A DNA stretch of 62,375 nucleotides, filler included, from Globobulimina sp. (GCA_003354225.1; 38 parts of 38 records of this genome joined end to end with filler, not necessarily neighbours in it); one strand, 5' to 3'; shown: positions 31,039-43,148, numbered from the whole stretch's first letter. Translations and numbers: made by a program. Notes: generated by a model not told the origin, from the letters alone.

Positions 31039-31853
31039 CCTGAGAGTGCAGGCTCCTAAGAGTTTAAGAGTTAGAGAACCAGGAAATCCATAGCTTCTTT
31101 GTAAGGTTTGTTTTTAGATAACCTTGACACACCCGCATATAAGCACCTNNNNNNNNNNNNNNNNNNNNNNNNNNNNNNNNNNNNNNNNNNNNTTAATTAA
31201 TTAANNNNNNNNNNNNNNNNNNNNNNNNNNNNNNNNNNNNNNNNNNNNAAGACGGCGCTTTTTGCAGAATCTTCACTCATTGCTGTTGGCGACTGTTCGG
31301 TTTGCATTCTTCGGCTTAATTTGCAAGATACAAAGAAAAGTGTTTTAGAAAAAGTTAAAAGTAAAAAGTAAGTAAGTAAGTAAGTTTGTTTTGGGTTTTA
31401 AATGTTACCGCTAAAAATATGGATAAATTAAATGCAACTAATTTGAAAACAGTAGGAACGATAATATTGGATGATTTGGATCGATGTAATTGATATTTTA
31501 AGACAAAAATGACAAATATCCAGACTAAAAAAATAATATTTGTTCAATCGATAATATTTGTTAAATTCGCTGCAGAGAATAACAGATTATGATGAACGAC
31601 ACAATTAATATATCGTTAATGCAAAGGATCGAAACAGAGTTATGACAATTAAAGAAAATAAGTACGTACTATGTACGAAACCAAGTCAGATGTCATTGAC
31701 AACAAAAATCATTAAAAAAAATCATTAAAAAAAAAATCTCAACAAAAAAATTAAAACATCTGTTCAAAGCAAATTATATATAGAATATAATTAATAATAT
31801 AATAATATAAAAAACAATAATTGTAACTAATTACAATTAAAAAAAAAACCAAG

Positions 31854-32792
31854 TCATTGTATTTTTGATTTTAAAGAATTGACATCATCCATCAATTTAA
31901 AAACAAATCTTCTGCACTTAACGCCACCAATTTTATATTCATCAATTCTCAATTTACATTTTCTTTTACTCGGTAACTGTACAAATACGATTTGTTGTAA
32001 CAACAACGAAGGATCGAATTTGATGGGCAAATAACAATAAACCCGTTGTAACTTCAAACAATTCGCAAATAATAATTGCAACGCATTGCCCAATTCTTTA
32101 GTAAACACGACATAGGAATCTCTGTCATCGCTTTCATTCTCACATTGCGTATGCTGAGATATATAATGATCTAAATTAATATGCAAATGCACAAATTGTA
32201 TTTGATGGCAATGTTTAGCCAACACATAAATGGTATTTATGGACACGGACGGTATGTATTTATTATTTACAATAAAAAAATCAAAATATTTTAGATTCCT
32301 GAGGTTTGAGAGGCAATTTTCGACCCACAGTTCAGGCAAAGCGTGGTGTCCGGGCAGGAAAAAGATCTCTAAGTTGGATGGCAAACATTGCGGTATTTTC
32401 CAAAACCATTCGTTTTCGCCGTCACTCCAATCCCTTCTATACCGGACAGAGGCTTTCAACACCACCAAATATGGCTGTTTTTGCAGAAACGAGCACAAGT
32501 TTTTGGGCCGAATCACACAATTTGTTTTTAATTGATTCAAAGATAATTTACAAAACGGTTCCAATATGTTGACATTGATCGAATTCGAATTCGATTGCAT
32601 CCGATTTAGATTTGGTTGCATATTATTATTAGCTGCGATTATTTCGGGCTGCAACTCGTTTCGTTGATATTTTAATATTTGATGCGAAAATGCAAAAAAA
32701 GTGTTCATATTTACTGCTGTATTCATGTAAAAAAACGGATTTAATGTAACATTATTTGTATACATTTGTTTCCCATTAAATAATATATTAAT
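31854..32792 (-). CDS. LRR-like (F-box/LRR-type) protein C-terminal part
   Basis: CLSNLRNLKYF, LAKHCHQIQFVHL, LFANCLKLQRV repeats. Confidence 0.55.
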   Translation of the reverse strand: MNILFNGKQMYTNNVTLNPFFYMNTAVNMNTFFAFSHQILKYQRNELQPEIIAANNNMQPNLNRMQSNSNSINVNILEPFCKLSLNQLKTNCVIRPKNLCSFLQKQPYLVVLKASVRYRRDWSDGENEWFWKIPQCLPSNLEIFFLPGHHALPELWVENCLSNLRNLKYFDFFIVNNKYIPSVSINTIYVLAKHCHQIQFVHLHINLDHYISQHTQCENESDDRDSYVVFTKELGNALQLLFANCLKLQRVYCYLPIKFDPSLLLQQIVFVQLPSKRKCKLRIDEYKIGGVKCRRFVFKLMDDVNSLKSKIQ

Positions 32793-33461
32793 NNNNNNNN
32801 NNNNNNNNNNNNNNNNNNNNNNNNNNNNNNNNNNNNTTAATTAATTAANNNNNNNNNNNNNNNNNNNNNNNNNNNNNNNNNNNNNNNNNNNNAACGCCAA
32901 AAGACGCAACGCCGCAGTACGCGGTTTAAAACAGCGCCCAAGTGGTACGGTATCTGGTATACGGTAAAAGTATAAAAATATGAAATTTTGTGACAAATTT
33001 TTTTATTTTGAAACACACGAAGTCGAGATACGTATATTAACTAAATGTTCGCATTATAATTCATCTAAAACATATTTAACGCAATACGTGAAAAATGCAG
33101 AGCAAAAAGTTCAAAAATGATTATAATGGGATAATGTACACACATATGTGTACGTATATTACAAAATAAAATGCGCGAGTTATAATTCGTATAAAACATA
33201 TTTAACGGGACGAATTAACAACTGCTAAATGCGAAAATACAGATGTAATGGCTGTCCATTTTGTACATTTGTAAACTTGGCATGGTTATACTAGTAGGTA
33301 GTATAACCGTCTAGGTTGATTGACTGACAGGTTATGTTTCGTACAGGGCCCTGAGTTTCATTACTGAAGGATCCGAAGGATCAAACAAGCTAACACCTGC
33401 TTCAGCATCACTCATTAGCATATCGCCTCTCTCCCTTCCTCATTAGCATACGACGGCATCT

Positions 33462-33560
33462 GGGCCACGATTTATGGCCGACAGGCGTGCTCGGTCGGCG
33501 AAGGTTGCCCGAGGGTTCGACCCCGGCTCTGAGAAGAATTTGTTTGTTTAATTTTTTACC
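33462..33560 (+). other. Possible tRNA-derived SINE-like Pol III element
   Basis: A-box-like TGGCCGACAGG at 33475, B-box GGTTCGACCCC at 33514, T-rich run after. No full cloverleaf. Confidence 0.3.
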
Positions 33561-34135
33561 TTTTATAATTTTACTTTTTATCATCCCCGACCTATATAAA
33601 GTGTGTTTCGATACTGTATGACTCATTCTAAGTGTTATAACTCAATTTGATCAGTTGTTTCATCATGTTGCTCGAAAAATATCTTGTAATTGTTGTACTT
33701 AAAGTCTTGATCGAATTCTGGATTTCTATCCCTAATAAAGGCGATCCTTTTCACGAGTCTAATGTTTACATGAAACAGTCTGGCAGACCAATGCGAGATA
33801 TGATGAGTGACAATACATGCATACAGTTTCCTTCAGGTCCGACTAGGGTTGGGGGTTAATCGGTTGGTTGATCTGTTACCTCATCAAATCTATTGTCCTG
33901 TGGTTTCATTACACGTTGAGGACTATAATAGTTTCTGACATTAGGAATGAATGATGAACTCCCTTTAGCAATGTGTGTCGTAAATTAATTTTAAAAATAG
34001 TTATTTTGAGTGTGATACAATCATAAATTTTAGTACACGTCGTCCGTAATCTGTTTTGAAATGAAAGCAATCGAAATTTTGCAGCTAAACATTTATAAAA
34101 ATAAAAAATAAAAAAATTTAAAAATAAAAAAAATT

Positions 34136-34436
34136 ACAGCTAAGTTGGAATGTCTAAAGTTGCACCGTACTGTCGTACAGGCTATCTAACTGTCAACAAT
34201 GTGGTGCAGTACAGGACAACTAACTGTAAACAATAATTGGACCTCACTTTGTCTTGGTGAGGTGAGGAGGTGGATATCTGTTGTGAGAATATTATTATTA
34301 TTGAAGATTGAAAGATAACTGTTTGTTTCTGGAGATCATTTCAACTTAGCTGTCTAAAGTTGCACCATACTGTCGTACAGGCTATCTAACTGTCGACAAT
34401 GTGGTGCAGTACAGGACAACTAACTGTAAACAATAA
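34136..34436. repeat. 86-bp direct repeat (34151-34236 / 34351-34436) overlapping a 17-bp inverted repeat (34136-34152 / 34337-34353)
   Basis: Direct copies differ at 2 positions. IR ACAGCTAAGTTGGAATG has 1 mismatch. Confidence 0.8.
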
Positions 34437-34536
34437 NNNNNNNNNNNNNNNNNNNNNNNNNNNNNNNNNNNNNNNNNNNNTTAATTAATTAANNNNNNNN
34501 NNNNNNNNNNNNNNNNNNNNNNNNNNNNNNNNNNNN

Positions 34537-35514
34537 AACATTATAATTACATTGGATTTCATTGCTAGTATTATGATACCGCATGGTTACAATAACAGCA
34601 TTATGATCAGTCGGAGCACCACCTGCTTGCTTTGGATTTGCTGCTTGTAATACTTTAATATAATGGTTCGGAAATATTATCTGTCCGTTATGTGGCGGTT
34701 TGACATAAATCCAATCCGGAACATTTATGGCACCACTTTTGTATCCATAAAATGCAGTGTTTCCAACTGCACCTTCATTGTATGCAGGAATGTACTTTAA
34801 TTTTCTTAACAATTCATGTGGAGAACGGAAGAAAAATCTAAATTGTTGTTGATGATCATCACTTGCTATTTGACGGAATGTTGGATATGTACTTAAGACA
34901 CGTTGTGTAGTGTCAATATCATGCATCCCATTAAAATCACCACCGATAATTGTAACATAACCGAATTCTTTAAATATTTCATTAATTGCACGCTCCTTTG
35001 CACCTGCTATCAATTCTATTTTTGGTGTGTTTTGCGTTGTAAATTCTTTATCATCGTTGCATCCGCCACATAAATGAGTATTCACCACACTTAATCCATG
35101 TGCAAATTGAACATAATTCGCACATCTTTTGGTTGTACATGTCTCTGTTGTGTCGATTGAACGATGTGATGTTACTGCATTATGTTTCAAATACTCATTT
35201 TTTACTAAGATGCTATTTCCAATGGATACATGCTGCATTGGTTTTGTTTTGCAGCTTTCCATCAATGTGTAACCTTTAACATTTTGTGTTGGCGACGCAG
35301 TGCCTTTAAACAGGTCTTCTTGAATCAACACAATGTCCGCATCTGCTTCAATAATTTTGTTCATTAAGATTTGAGGACCACCAGGTTTGCCATCACACCA
35401 TTCATAATATCTGAGATTGAATGTCATCACTTTCATCTCATGGTATCCTGACACCAAAGCGACTAAGACTGTAACTGTCACAATGAATACTACTTTCTGA
35501 AAGGTTGTGTACAT
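34537..35514 (-). CDS. Secreted endonuclease/exonuclease/phosphatase (EEP) family protein, 3'-partial
   Basis: Signal peptide. KVMTFNL, ADIVLIQE, VNTHL, IIGGDFN, DWIY, TDHNAV. Confidence 0.9.
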
Positions 35515-35588
35515 TGTTAACAAACAGGAAATTAAACAAAAACCTCAAGAGTTCAGCTGGTTAAAAAAACCTCTCTTTGAGGTCTATC

Positions 35589-36080
35589 ATGTCTTCAGAA
35601 CTAAGCGAAGAGAAAAGAGGCATAAAACGAACATTGGATGATGTTGAAAGCAGTACAATAACTACGATTGAACCGAATCCAAAACGAAGAAAGCTATCCA
35701 CTGAGAATTCGAACCATATTATTCTGTCAAAAAATGATGACAATGAAAAGAATGAAAACAACAATAAAATTGAAAGCAATTCCAATCAAACCAACAATCC
35801 AATGCCCACCACAAATAACAACAATAATAACATGCAGTCCAACACCAAAATAAATAAGAAAAGCACACAAATACCGAATGCAACAAATTTAAACACAAAT
35901 AATAAAAACAACAATGCTGAACCACAAAAACCCAAACCACCACCGATACAATTAATTGACCTAAACACTCCCAGCCACAGTCCACCAACAAACCACACAG
36001 CGCCAGACATCGCAATGAAACCGCTCGAAAACACGCCGTCAAACACACTCAGTCAGTCCAACCAATCCAACTTCGTTTCA
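35589..36080 (+). CDS. N-rich low-complexity nuclear protein N-terminus
   Basis: MSSELSEEKRGIKR...PNPKRRKL NLS. Confidence 0.6.
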
Positions 36081-36198
36081 NNNNNNNNNNNNNNNNNNNN
36101 NNNNNNNNNNNNNNNNNNNNNNNNTTAATTAATTAANNNNNNNNNNNNNNNNNNNNNNNNNNNNNNNNNNNNNNNNNNNNCATAATTCATATGTTGAA

Positions 36199-36879
36199 TT
36201 ATGTATTGATATTTTCAGATTTCGGCACCCAAATCTTGAAAATATCACTGATATTTTGGTCTGATATTTTGTCATTTAGGCGACAATCGGAGATATCATA
36301 CATTTGTAATGAATAAAAAATTTGATTGTGTGTAATTCCGCCAATGCCAAAAATATGCGAAATATTATTTGTTACACAAATACCGCGTAACCATTGGTAT
36401 GAAGTGGATGAATATGTTGTATTTAATTTATATTCAAGCGAATCTAAATCAAATATAACTAAAAAAATGCTGAATGGGAATACGTTGCTACGCGCATTTA
36501 AGATGTAAACCATATTATTTATGGATGTTGAAACTTGTGATTCTGACATAATTGATCGTGAATACATATCACCAAAAGATAATGGTAATGTATTTGTTTT
36601 TTGTGTTTCCCATTTAATAGAATTATCTCTTATAATCGCTATGCCTCCGGATTCTGCAATGTTCATTGCTGATAAATCTAATGATGATACATTGATGTAG
36701 TAATGTTTAGGATCATTTGTAATGCCCCCAAAATAATACAATTTGCCATTATATGTCGCGCAAAATCCTTTGCTCCATTTGTATGGCGTTTTGACTGCAA
36801 AATCATCGATGTAGATTGTATTGAACACATTAATATTAACATTCAGGATAAACAATATAAACAAAATGGTTGGTACCAT
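36199..36879 (-). CDS. Secreted Kelch-like repeat protein (probably truncated or chimeric 3')
   Basis: Signal peptide. KLYYFGG, NMVYIL, HIFGIGG..LQMYDI. Confidence 0.65.
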   Translation of the reverse strand: MVPTILFILFILNVNINVFNTIYIDDFAVKTPYKWSKGFCATYNGKLYYFGGITNDPKHYYINVSSLDLSAMNIAESGGIAIIRDNSIKWETQKTNTLPLSFGDMYSRSIMSESQVSTSINNMVYILNARSNVFPFSIFLVIFDLDSLEYKLNTTYSSTSYQWLRGICVTNNISHIFGIGGITHNQIFYSLQMYDISDCRLNDKISDQNISDIFKIWVPKSENINT

Positions 36880-36948
36880 TTTCCAGGTCGTGAGAATTGA
36901 AAAACACAGTTTTTAAATCAAAATTGAAAACAAAAACAGTGTTTGGTC

Positions 36949-37311
36949 ATGTCGTTGTTCCGTCGTTGTCAAAGATTTCAACCATTAATAGCAAATGCAT
37001 ACAAATCACATCTTAACCCGCAACTTGCCTCAATATCATGGATAATACAAACAAGAAATGCAGGCGGAGGACATGGTCATGGATTTCCTCGCGCTGCCTT
37101 TGATCAATCACTTGTGGAAGATGCAGATTTGGCAAAATTCCCACCATCAGAAATACCAAATGCCAATGAACCGACTAGATTCCCATTATTTATTCGAACT
37201 AATTTATCTGGACAGCGACCATCAGAAACTATATATTTAATGTGGTTTTTATTGGTTTGTTGGGGTTATGGCTTATGGTATAATTCAAAATGGAATCCAA
37301 AGGGTCATTAA
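36949..37311 (+). CDS. Small mitochondrial membrane protein, possibly complex I NDUFB2/AGGG-like
   Basis: Basic presequence, RNAGGGHGH, single TM with LMWF. Confidence 0.45.
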   Translation: MSLFRRCQRFQPLIANAYKSHLNPQLASISWIIQTRNAGGGHGHGFPRAAFDQSLVEDADLAKFPPSEIPNANEPTRFPLFIRTNLSGQRPSETIYLMWFLLVCWGYGLWYNSKWNPKGH

Positions 37312-37478
37312 TCATATTTTTTGTTGACGCCTTTTTTTGACTAAGTACTCGTTCCAATGTACCATCACTCATAAATGGTAATTCTCATAATTTCTCATTG
37401 CAATATAAAAAAAACATAAAATGCATTTAAATTAAAAATCACTTTCACAGAAAAAAAACTTGCCGCATTTAAATTAAT

Positions 37479-37724
37479 TTAGATGTTATTGTTATATGGA
37501 TTCGTAATAAAAAACTCATCCACAGTCTCTGTAGTATTCGCATTTACAAATTTCCCATTAAGCACCATCTCATTATACACAGTTAAATGGACAAATCCAT
37601 AAACCGTATTATTTTGAAACACCATAAACTCCGCAGGTTGTATAGTTCTCGACAACTCATATCCTGCCATCCCGACAACTAAATGCACGGCGGCAGCCCC
37701 GTCCTCTTTACATTCTCCATTATA
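37479..37724 (-). CDS. Purple acid phosphatase C-terminus
   Basis: VHLVVGMAG...YGFVHLTV...VDEFFI. Confidence 0.8.
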   Translation of the reverse strand, partial: YNGECKEDGAAAVHLVVGMAGYELSRTIQPAEFMVFQNNTVYGFVHLTVYNEMVLNGKFVNANTTETVDEFFITNPYNNNI

Positions 37725-37824
37725 NNNNNNNNNNNNNNNNNNNNNNNNNNNNNNNNNNNNNNNNNNNNTTAATTAATTAANNNNNNNNNNNNNNNNNNNN
37801 NNNNNNNNNNNNNNNNNNNNNNNN

Positions 37825-37986
37825 TTATTACATTTATTGACAAAAGAAATATCAACAATGAATAAAGGAATTAATATATTAAAAAATAATGATGAAGAGA
37901 AAAGGAAATATGTCACCATCAGAAAATCGCGAAAAATAAAAAATATTAATTCAATGGTGATAGATGAATCGGATTATGAGGATTAA
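37825..37986 (+). CDS. C-terminus of hypothetical protein
   Basis: LLHLLTKE...VIDESDYED* open from contig edge. Confidence 0.4.
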   Translation, partial: LLHLLTKEISTMNKGINILKNNDEEKRKYVTIRKSRKIKNINSMVIDESDYED

Positions 37987-38265
37987 TAATTGAAATTAAA
38001 TAGCCTATGAATGATAAACTGGCAATTTTTGAATTATATTTTTTTTTAGAAGGTGGAGGGAATATATTGTTCGTTTAAATTAGGAAGGGCTGTCAAGAAG
38101 AAAAGTGACAGACAATAAATAAAAGCCAGCATAACCCAGACAATAAATAAATAAAAGCCAGTATAGAATGTCAGCGATAGAATGTCAAAAAAAGTAATAA
38201 ACAAAATATTTGTATACACAAATCTGATTTTTTCAAAATCCTTTTATTCCGTAGGTTAGAATCTT

Positions 38266-39088
38266 TTATTCCGTAGGACTTAAATTTTGCTGAGTATTAA
38301 TCACGACATCTGTTGGCGACTCCTCGGATGGTGACATATCTAACAATGCATCAAGAAAACTCCTATATTCGATAGCCCGATTGCTTTCTACACTCACAAA
38401 ATTGCGGGATTGTTGATATAGTAGCCACCCAATATCGATGTTTTGCATTGGATAAATCAAATCTCGCGGACAATCGCGATCTAATCTAGATATTGCATCA
38501 AATAATGAATCTCGTTGGCGAATCTCGCGATCTAATCTAGATATTGCATCAAATTCCGGATCGTTATTATGCTCTTCGTCTGTTGATATAGGCTCAAATC
38601 TCGGGTCAAGTGTCCAATCATATGTTGATGCTTCATCAAATCGCTCGTCTGACGCTGAAACATCAAATGCGGCAAATGCTCCATCAAATCGCTCCGCCAA
38701 ATCGCAATCCGCTGAGAGAGATTCTGAACCAGAAGATGACTCATCATCTCGCTCTCGCTCTCTCTTTTACTGCTATCCTTGTTGCAGTTGATGCTGAGAG
38801 GGATTCAGAACACGAGGACGAGGATGTTGAGAAAATACAGGACGAGGTTGAGGACGAGGTTGAGGATGATGACGAAGATGAAGATGATGATGAGTAGTTG
38901 TAGCGCGGATCTTCGAGTTCGACGTATTCTATATTCTCTTCCTCGGACGAATACAAACATAATGTGTAATATCCAGTGTAAATATTGAAGCGAACAGCAC
39001 CATCCAAATGTGTGTGTCTCATATAGGATGCAACAACACTAACACATAGGCTATGTACTTCATTTTTTACATAGGCCAAATGGGTCAT
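38266..39088 (-). CDS. Acidic/Ser-rich hypothetical protein(s), possibly one frameshifted gene
   Basis: ORFs 38744..39088 and 38266..38700 meet at a (GA)-rich tract. Internal repeats SESLSA x2 and FDAISRLDR x2. Confidence 0.4.
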
Positions 39089-39136
39089 AACCGGTTTCAG
39101 GGGTATTTAGGGGTATTTAGTAGAAACACTAATTAG

Positions 39137-39368
39137 TGTGATTGTGTGATTTGTGTGATTTGTGTGACTGGTGGGATTGGTGGGATTGGTGTGACTGGTG
39201 TGATTTGTGTGACTGGTGTGATTGGTGTGACTGGTGTGATTTGTGTGATTTGTGTGACTGGTGGGATTGGTGGGATTTGTGTGACTGGTGTGATTTGTGT
39301 GATTTGTGTGACTGGTGTGATTTGTGTGACTGGTGTGATTTGTGTGACTGGTGTGATTGGTGTGATTT
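39137..39368. repeat. 9-bp minisatellite (consensus TGTGAYTKG), ~25 units, runs to contig end
   Basis: Variants GTGATTTGT / GTGACTGGT / GGGATTGGT / GTGATTGGT. Confidence 0.95.
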
Positions 39369-39672
39369 NNNNNNNNNNNNNNNNNNNNNNNNNNNNNNNN
39401 NNNNNNNNNNNNTTAATTAATTAANNNNNNNNNNNNNNNNNNNNNNNNNNNNNNNNNNNNNNNNNNNNAAAAAAAGGGAAAATTAACATTTTTATCAAAA
39501 ACATTTAAACGATTAATAAATAATAAAATGGGATATCATACAAAATGAAATAACTACAAAACAAAAAAGAAAATCAAAATTTAAATGGTACCATACAATG
39601 CCATATTAAATGTTGAAACAAAACATATATATTCAGAATTTTATTTATTTATTTATCGATTTATTTATTTAT

Positions 39673-40638
39673 TTATTTATCATCAGTTTGATTTGCGAAG
39701 GAGGCTAATGGTGGTAAATTGGGAATATTTACATTATTATTATTTGCTGCAATGGAATTGAGCAATGACTTAAATTGTAATAACTGAGTCTGAGTCTGAG
39801 TTGAATTCATATTTACATTTCCGGATCGGATAAATAAGTGATTATTGCAATTGTGATTAATGGATGGCATGGATGGCAAAACCGGAACAAATGCATATTG
39901 TACAGGTTGCATTGACATTGCCATTGCCATTGGATATATTGGTAACATATATAATATATTATTCTTATCATTATTCAATTTCCTTTTCTTTGGAGGTGGT
40001 GGAGGCATTTTAGCGGCCCTCAAATCAGTCAATATCTGAGCAACAATTTGTTCGTCTTCGGCAGTTGCAATTGCACTCTGTCTCTGTCTCTGATTAATAT
40101 TATTATTAATTGGCGCAGTGGCTTTGAGATGATTTAATAAGTGACAGTATTTGTTTTTTATTTTGTTGCCCAGTGGAGGTGCTGTTTTATTAAAATTCCA
40201 TTTTGATTTTGCAAATGCACGATCATTTGAGTGATGTTGGTTTTTTTTATGATATTTTTGTGCTCTGTGCCTTGAACAAAAGCCTTCAGTGTCGCGAATA
40301 ACTAATTCTTTGCACTTGTCAATTTTACACAAATGTAATCTCATTTCAATGTTACAATCATTGGGCAATTGATTGATTTGATTATAAACAATGTCGACTG
40401 CCGACTCAATCGATGATTTTGCAAAATGGATTGCTTTTGCATTTTGGAAAACATTTCTTACCATAAAATTAGCAATAATTAATCCCGATGCTTTTCTTTG
40501 ACGAATGGCAACATCGACATTTGTTATTTTTTTTGATTGCAACATTTTTTTTATCCCACCATCATATAAACAAGTTTTTCGTGATATTTTCTTCCAGTTT
40601 TCTGATTCAGCAATAACTAAAACAAAACGCGACTTTAC
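39673..40638 (-). CDS. Hypothetical nuclear protein, last exon (upstream intron and exon present)
   Basis: PPPPKKRKL NLS, N/Q-rich tail. TTTCAG acceptor near 40640. Confidence 0.6.
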   Translation of the reverse strand, partial: VKSRFVLVIAESENWKKISRKTCLYDGGIKKMLQSKKITNVDVAIRQRKASGLIIANFMVRNVFQNAKAIHFAKSSIESAVDIVYNQINQLPNDCNIEMRLHLCKIDKCKELVIRDTEGFCSRHRAQKYHKKNQHHSNDRAFAKSKWNFNKTAPPLGNKIKNKYCHLLNHLKATAPINNNINQRQRQSAIATAEDEQIVAQILTDLRAAKMPPPPPKKRKLNNDKNNILYMLPIYPMAMAMSMQPVQYAFVPVLPSMPSINHNCNNHLFIRSGNVNMNSTQTQTQLLQFKSLLNSIAANNNNVNIPNLPPLASFANQTDDK

Positions 40639-41522
40639 CTGAAATATTATATATTATTTATTTAATTTCAAATATACTGAGAGACAGAGCAGATTACCTC
40701 TAATTTTTGCTTGCTTTGTTTCTCCAAAAACGCATATTTATAACCTTCAGTCTGGGAAAAGTGTCATTCATCGAATCGAATCGAATCGAAGTGGTTGATT
40801 TTAATATGTACAAAGTACAAAACCTGAATTAAGTGACGAATAACGGCCTTCCCCTCTCGACATATTCGGGAATGTTGACCAACTATTTAAATAATTTCAT
40901 TTATGGAGTTTAGTCGATCGAATTCAATTAAAACAGAATTAAAAAGTTGATACATTGAGCTTGTCTATGGAACGAACGAAAGCATGCGCCACATTGAATT
41001 AATTTGGGTGGANNNNNNNNNNNNNNNNNNNNNNNNNNNNNNNNNNNNNNNNNNNNTTAATTAATTAANNNNNNNNNNNNNNNNNNNNNNNNNNNNNNNN
41101 NNNNNNNNNNNNCGAATTCAGTTTGTGGCATCAAATTCAATTTTTAAATCCATTTTAATTCAATTTTGATTACAGCGCTGTGCTTTTGTATAATTAATTA
41201 TCATTACATTATATAGACGGATTTGTAATACAGCACCGAATTAAACCGATATTTCTGGGTAATTCAAACCATCGTTCTTAGTATTAAATGATTTGCATTT
41301 TTCATCGTCAAAGTTTTTGAATAGCAAAAAGATTCAGTGTCACTTGCCAAGATGGGCAATTCTTGTTGCAGCAGTACTGATATGTCCACCACAAAAACAG
41401 ACGTCAATGTTGATTACAAAAAGAGAATCCATTTGCAGAACAGTTAATAATTATATACAGTACCGTATATATACCGCCCTATATAATTAATATAAATGTA
41501 GCCACGTGCACATTAGCTACAG

Positions 41523-42427
41523 ATGAGAATTATGCAGATGCAGAGCCAGACAGCGCAGAGCCAGACAGCGCCGATGACTCAGAAGTTGAGAGCACCAAAA
41601 AGAAAAAACGTTTCTTTAAAAAGAAACCCAAACGAATTCCCTCGGAAAGGGATGAATCGTTCATAGAGCATTCACCAGAAATTACATCTACATTTATACA
41701 GAATGATGAGATGCATTCTATAGACCTTGGAGATGAAATAAGCGCTAATACAGATTCAGAATTTGAGTATAAGCCACTCGAAGATCAAAAACAATCGCAA
41801 CATGATCGGATATTAAGTGAGAAGGAAGAATCATTAATATTAGGATTCCAAATGTACACTGAAATGGATATAAAAGATAGAAGATGGAACTTAACGACCT
41901 ATAAATCGTGTTTTTTAGGCAATGAATGTGTGGATTGGTTGATTGAAAATAATATTGTAATGACCAGGAACGAAGCGACAAATATAGGAAAACGATTAAT
42001 GCGCGAAAAAATAATATGTCATGTTGCGAAAGCAAATGATTTTAAAGATTTGCCATATTATTATAAATTTATTAAACCATTGCAACTGTTTCAAGATGTT
42101 TCGACGAGCTATGGAGCGGTTATACGAAAGAGACGAATTATACGTACAAAGTCAAAGGCGCTAAAGGCCAAAGTAGAGGTTGTTAAGGAGTTGGAAGTGA
42201 AATGTAAGAAAGGATTTAATATAAAAGATAGGAAAAAACGATTTAAAACCTATGAATCCTGCTTTGTTGGCGAGGATGCGGTGACCTGGATGCTTAAAAA
42301 TAAAGTGGCGCACTCAAGGAACGAAGCTGTTGAAATGGTGCAATTATTGATGGATTATAGTATCGTGCAACATGTCACGCAAAAACATCAATTTAAGGAT
42401 GGTAAGAAATTTTATCAGTTCATATAG
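41523..42427 (+). CDS. Tandem DEP-domain protein, last exon
   Basis: Two DEP domains (IKDRRWNLTTYKSCFLGNECVDWL; IKDRKKRFKTYESCFVGEDAVTWM). Frame open from CTACAG acceptor at 41522. Confidence 0.92.
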
Positions 42428-42756
42428 ATGACACTTAACTACTTGTGCAAGGATTATGTGATTGTTTTGATTCATTGTAATTGTATTCATAAAGATGGAC
42501 ACTCAGTGACTGTTTATAATCGATCTGAAATGGACATTATGATATAACTGATGTGCGATGAACAGCCTTGCAGCATTTTCGTAGTAACAAAAACAATTTG
42601 TTGACACTCCGCATCCAAGAACAAACTCTAGGACTGATTAAATAAAAAAATTATGTNNNNNNNNNNNNNNNNNNNNNNNNNNNNNNNNNNNNNNNNNNNN
42701 TTAATTAATTAANNNNNNNNNNNNNNNNNNNNNNNNNNNNNNNNNNNNNNNNNNNN

Positions 42757-43148
42757 GCACAGATACTTTTACCACACTCTTTACATCGATAATTTGATCC
42801 ATCCTCACATGATTGCAAATATTCACATTTTTTCACAACAACAACTCTATAATTTCCATCTTGTCCCTTTATTAAATTGCTTGCTAAATGATATTAAATA
42901 TGTGTATGTGTATATGCGCGGGAGCAGTATACCTGATTTTGAATGGCTTCAACTCCTTCTTCAACCATTTGCGAAGGCAATATTGCACCACCTTTGTTTG
43001 CATTGTATGTGTTATAATTAACTGAATTTGCAATCAATGGTTGTGTAAATCCTTCACTATTTCCTTTTTTGCACAGTTTCTTTCCACAGCCGTTGCAAAA
43101 CATGGCCCCAATTGATTCATTATGAAATCCACACTGCTGACAGTCCAT
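42757..43148 (-). CDS. Zinc-ribbon protein N-terminus with intron
   Basis: CQQCGFHN....FCNGCG. CAG|GTATAC donor near 42932. Confidence 0.6.

Noticed and set aside
33330-33390. Hammerhead ribozyme (CTGAAG-GATCC-GAA-GGATC-AAAC)
   Set aside because: Core lacks canonical CUGANGA and GAAA spacing, and stem I is only ~3 bp.
33462-33535. Functional tRNA or HDV-like ribozyme
   Set aside because: No consistent acceptor and anticodon arms, and no P1/P3 nested pseudoknot.
39142-39368. CDLCDW metallothionein-like protein
   Set aside because: No ATG. The frame is open only because the 9-bp unit lacks stops.
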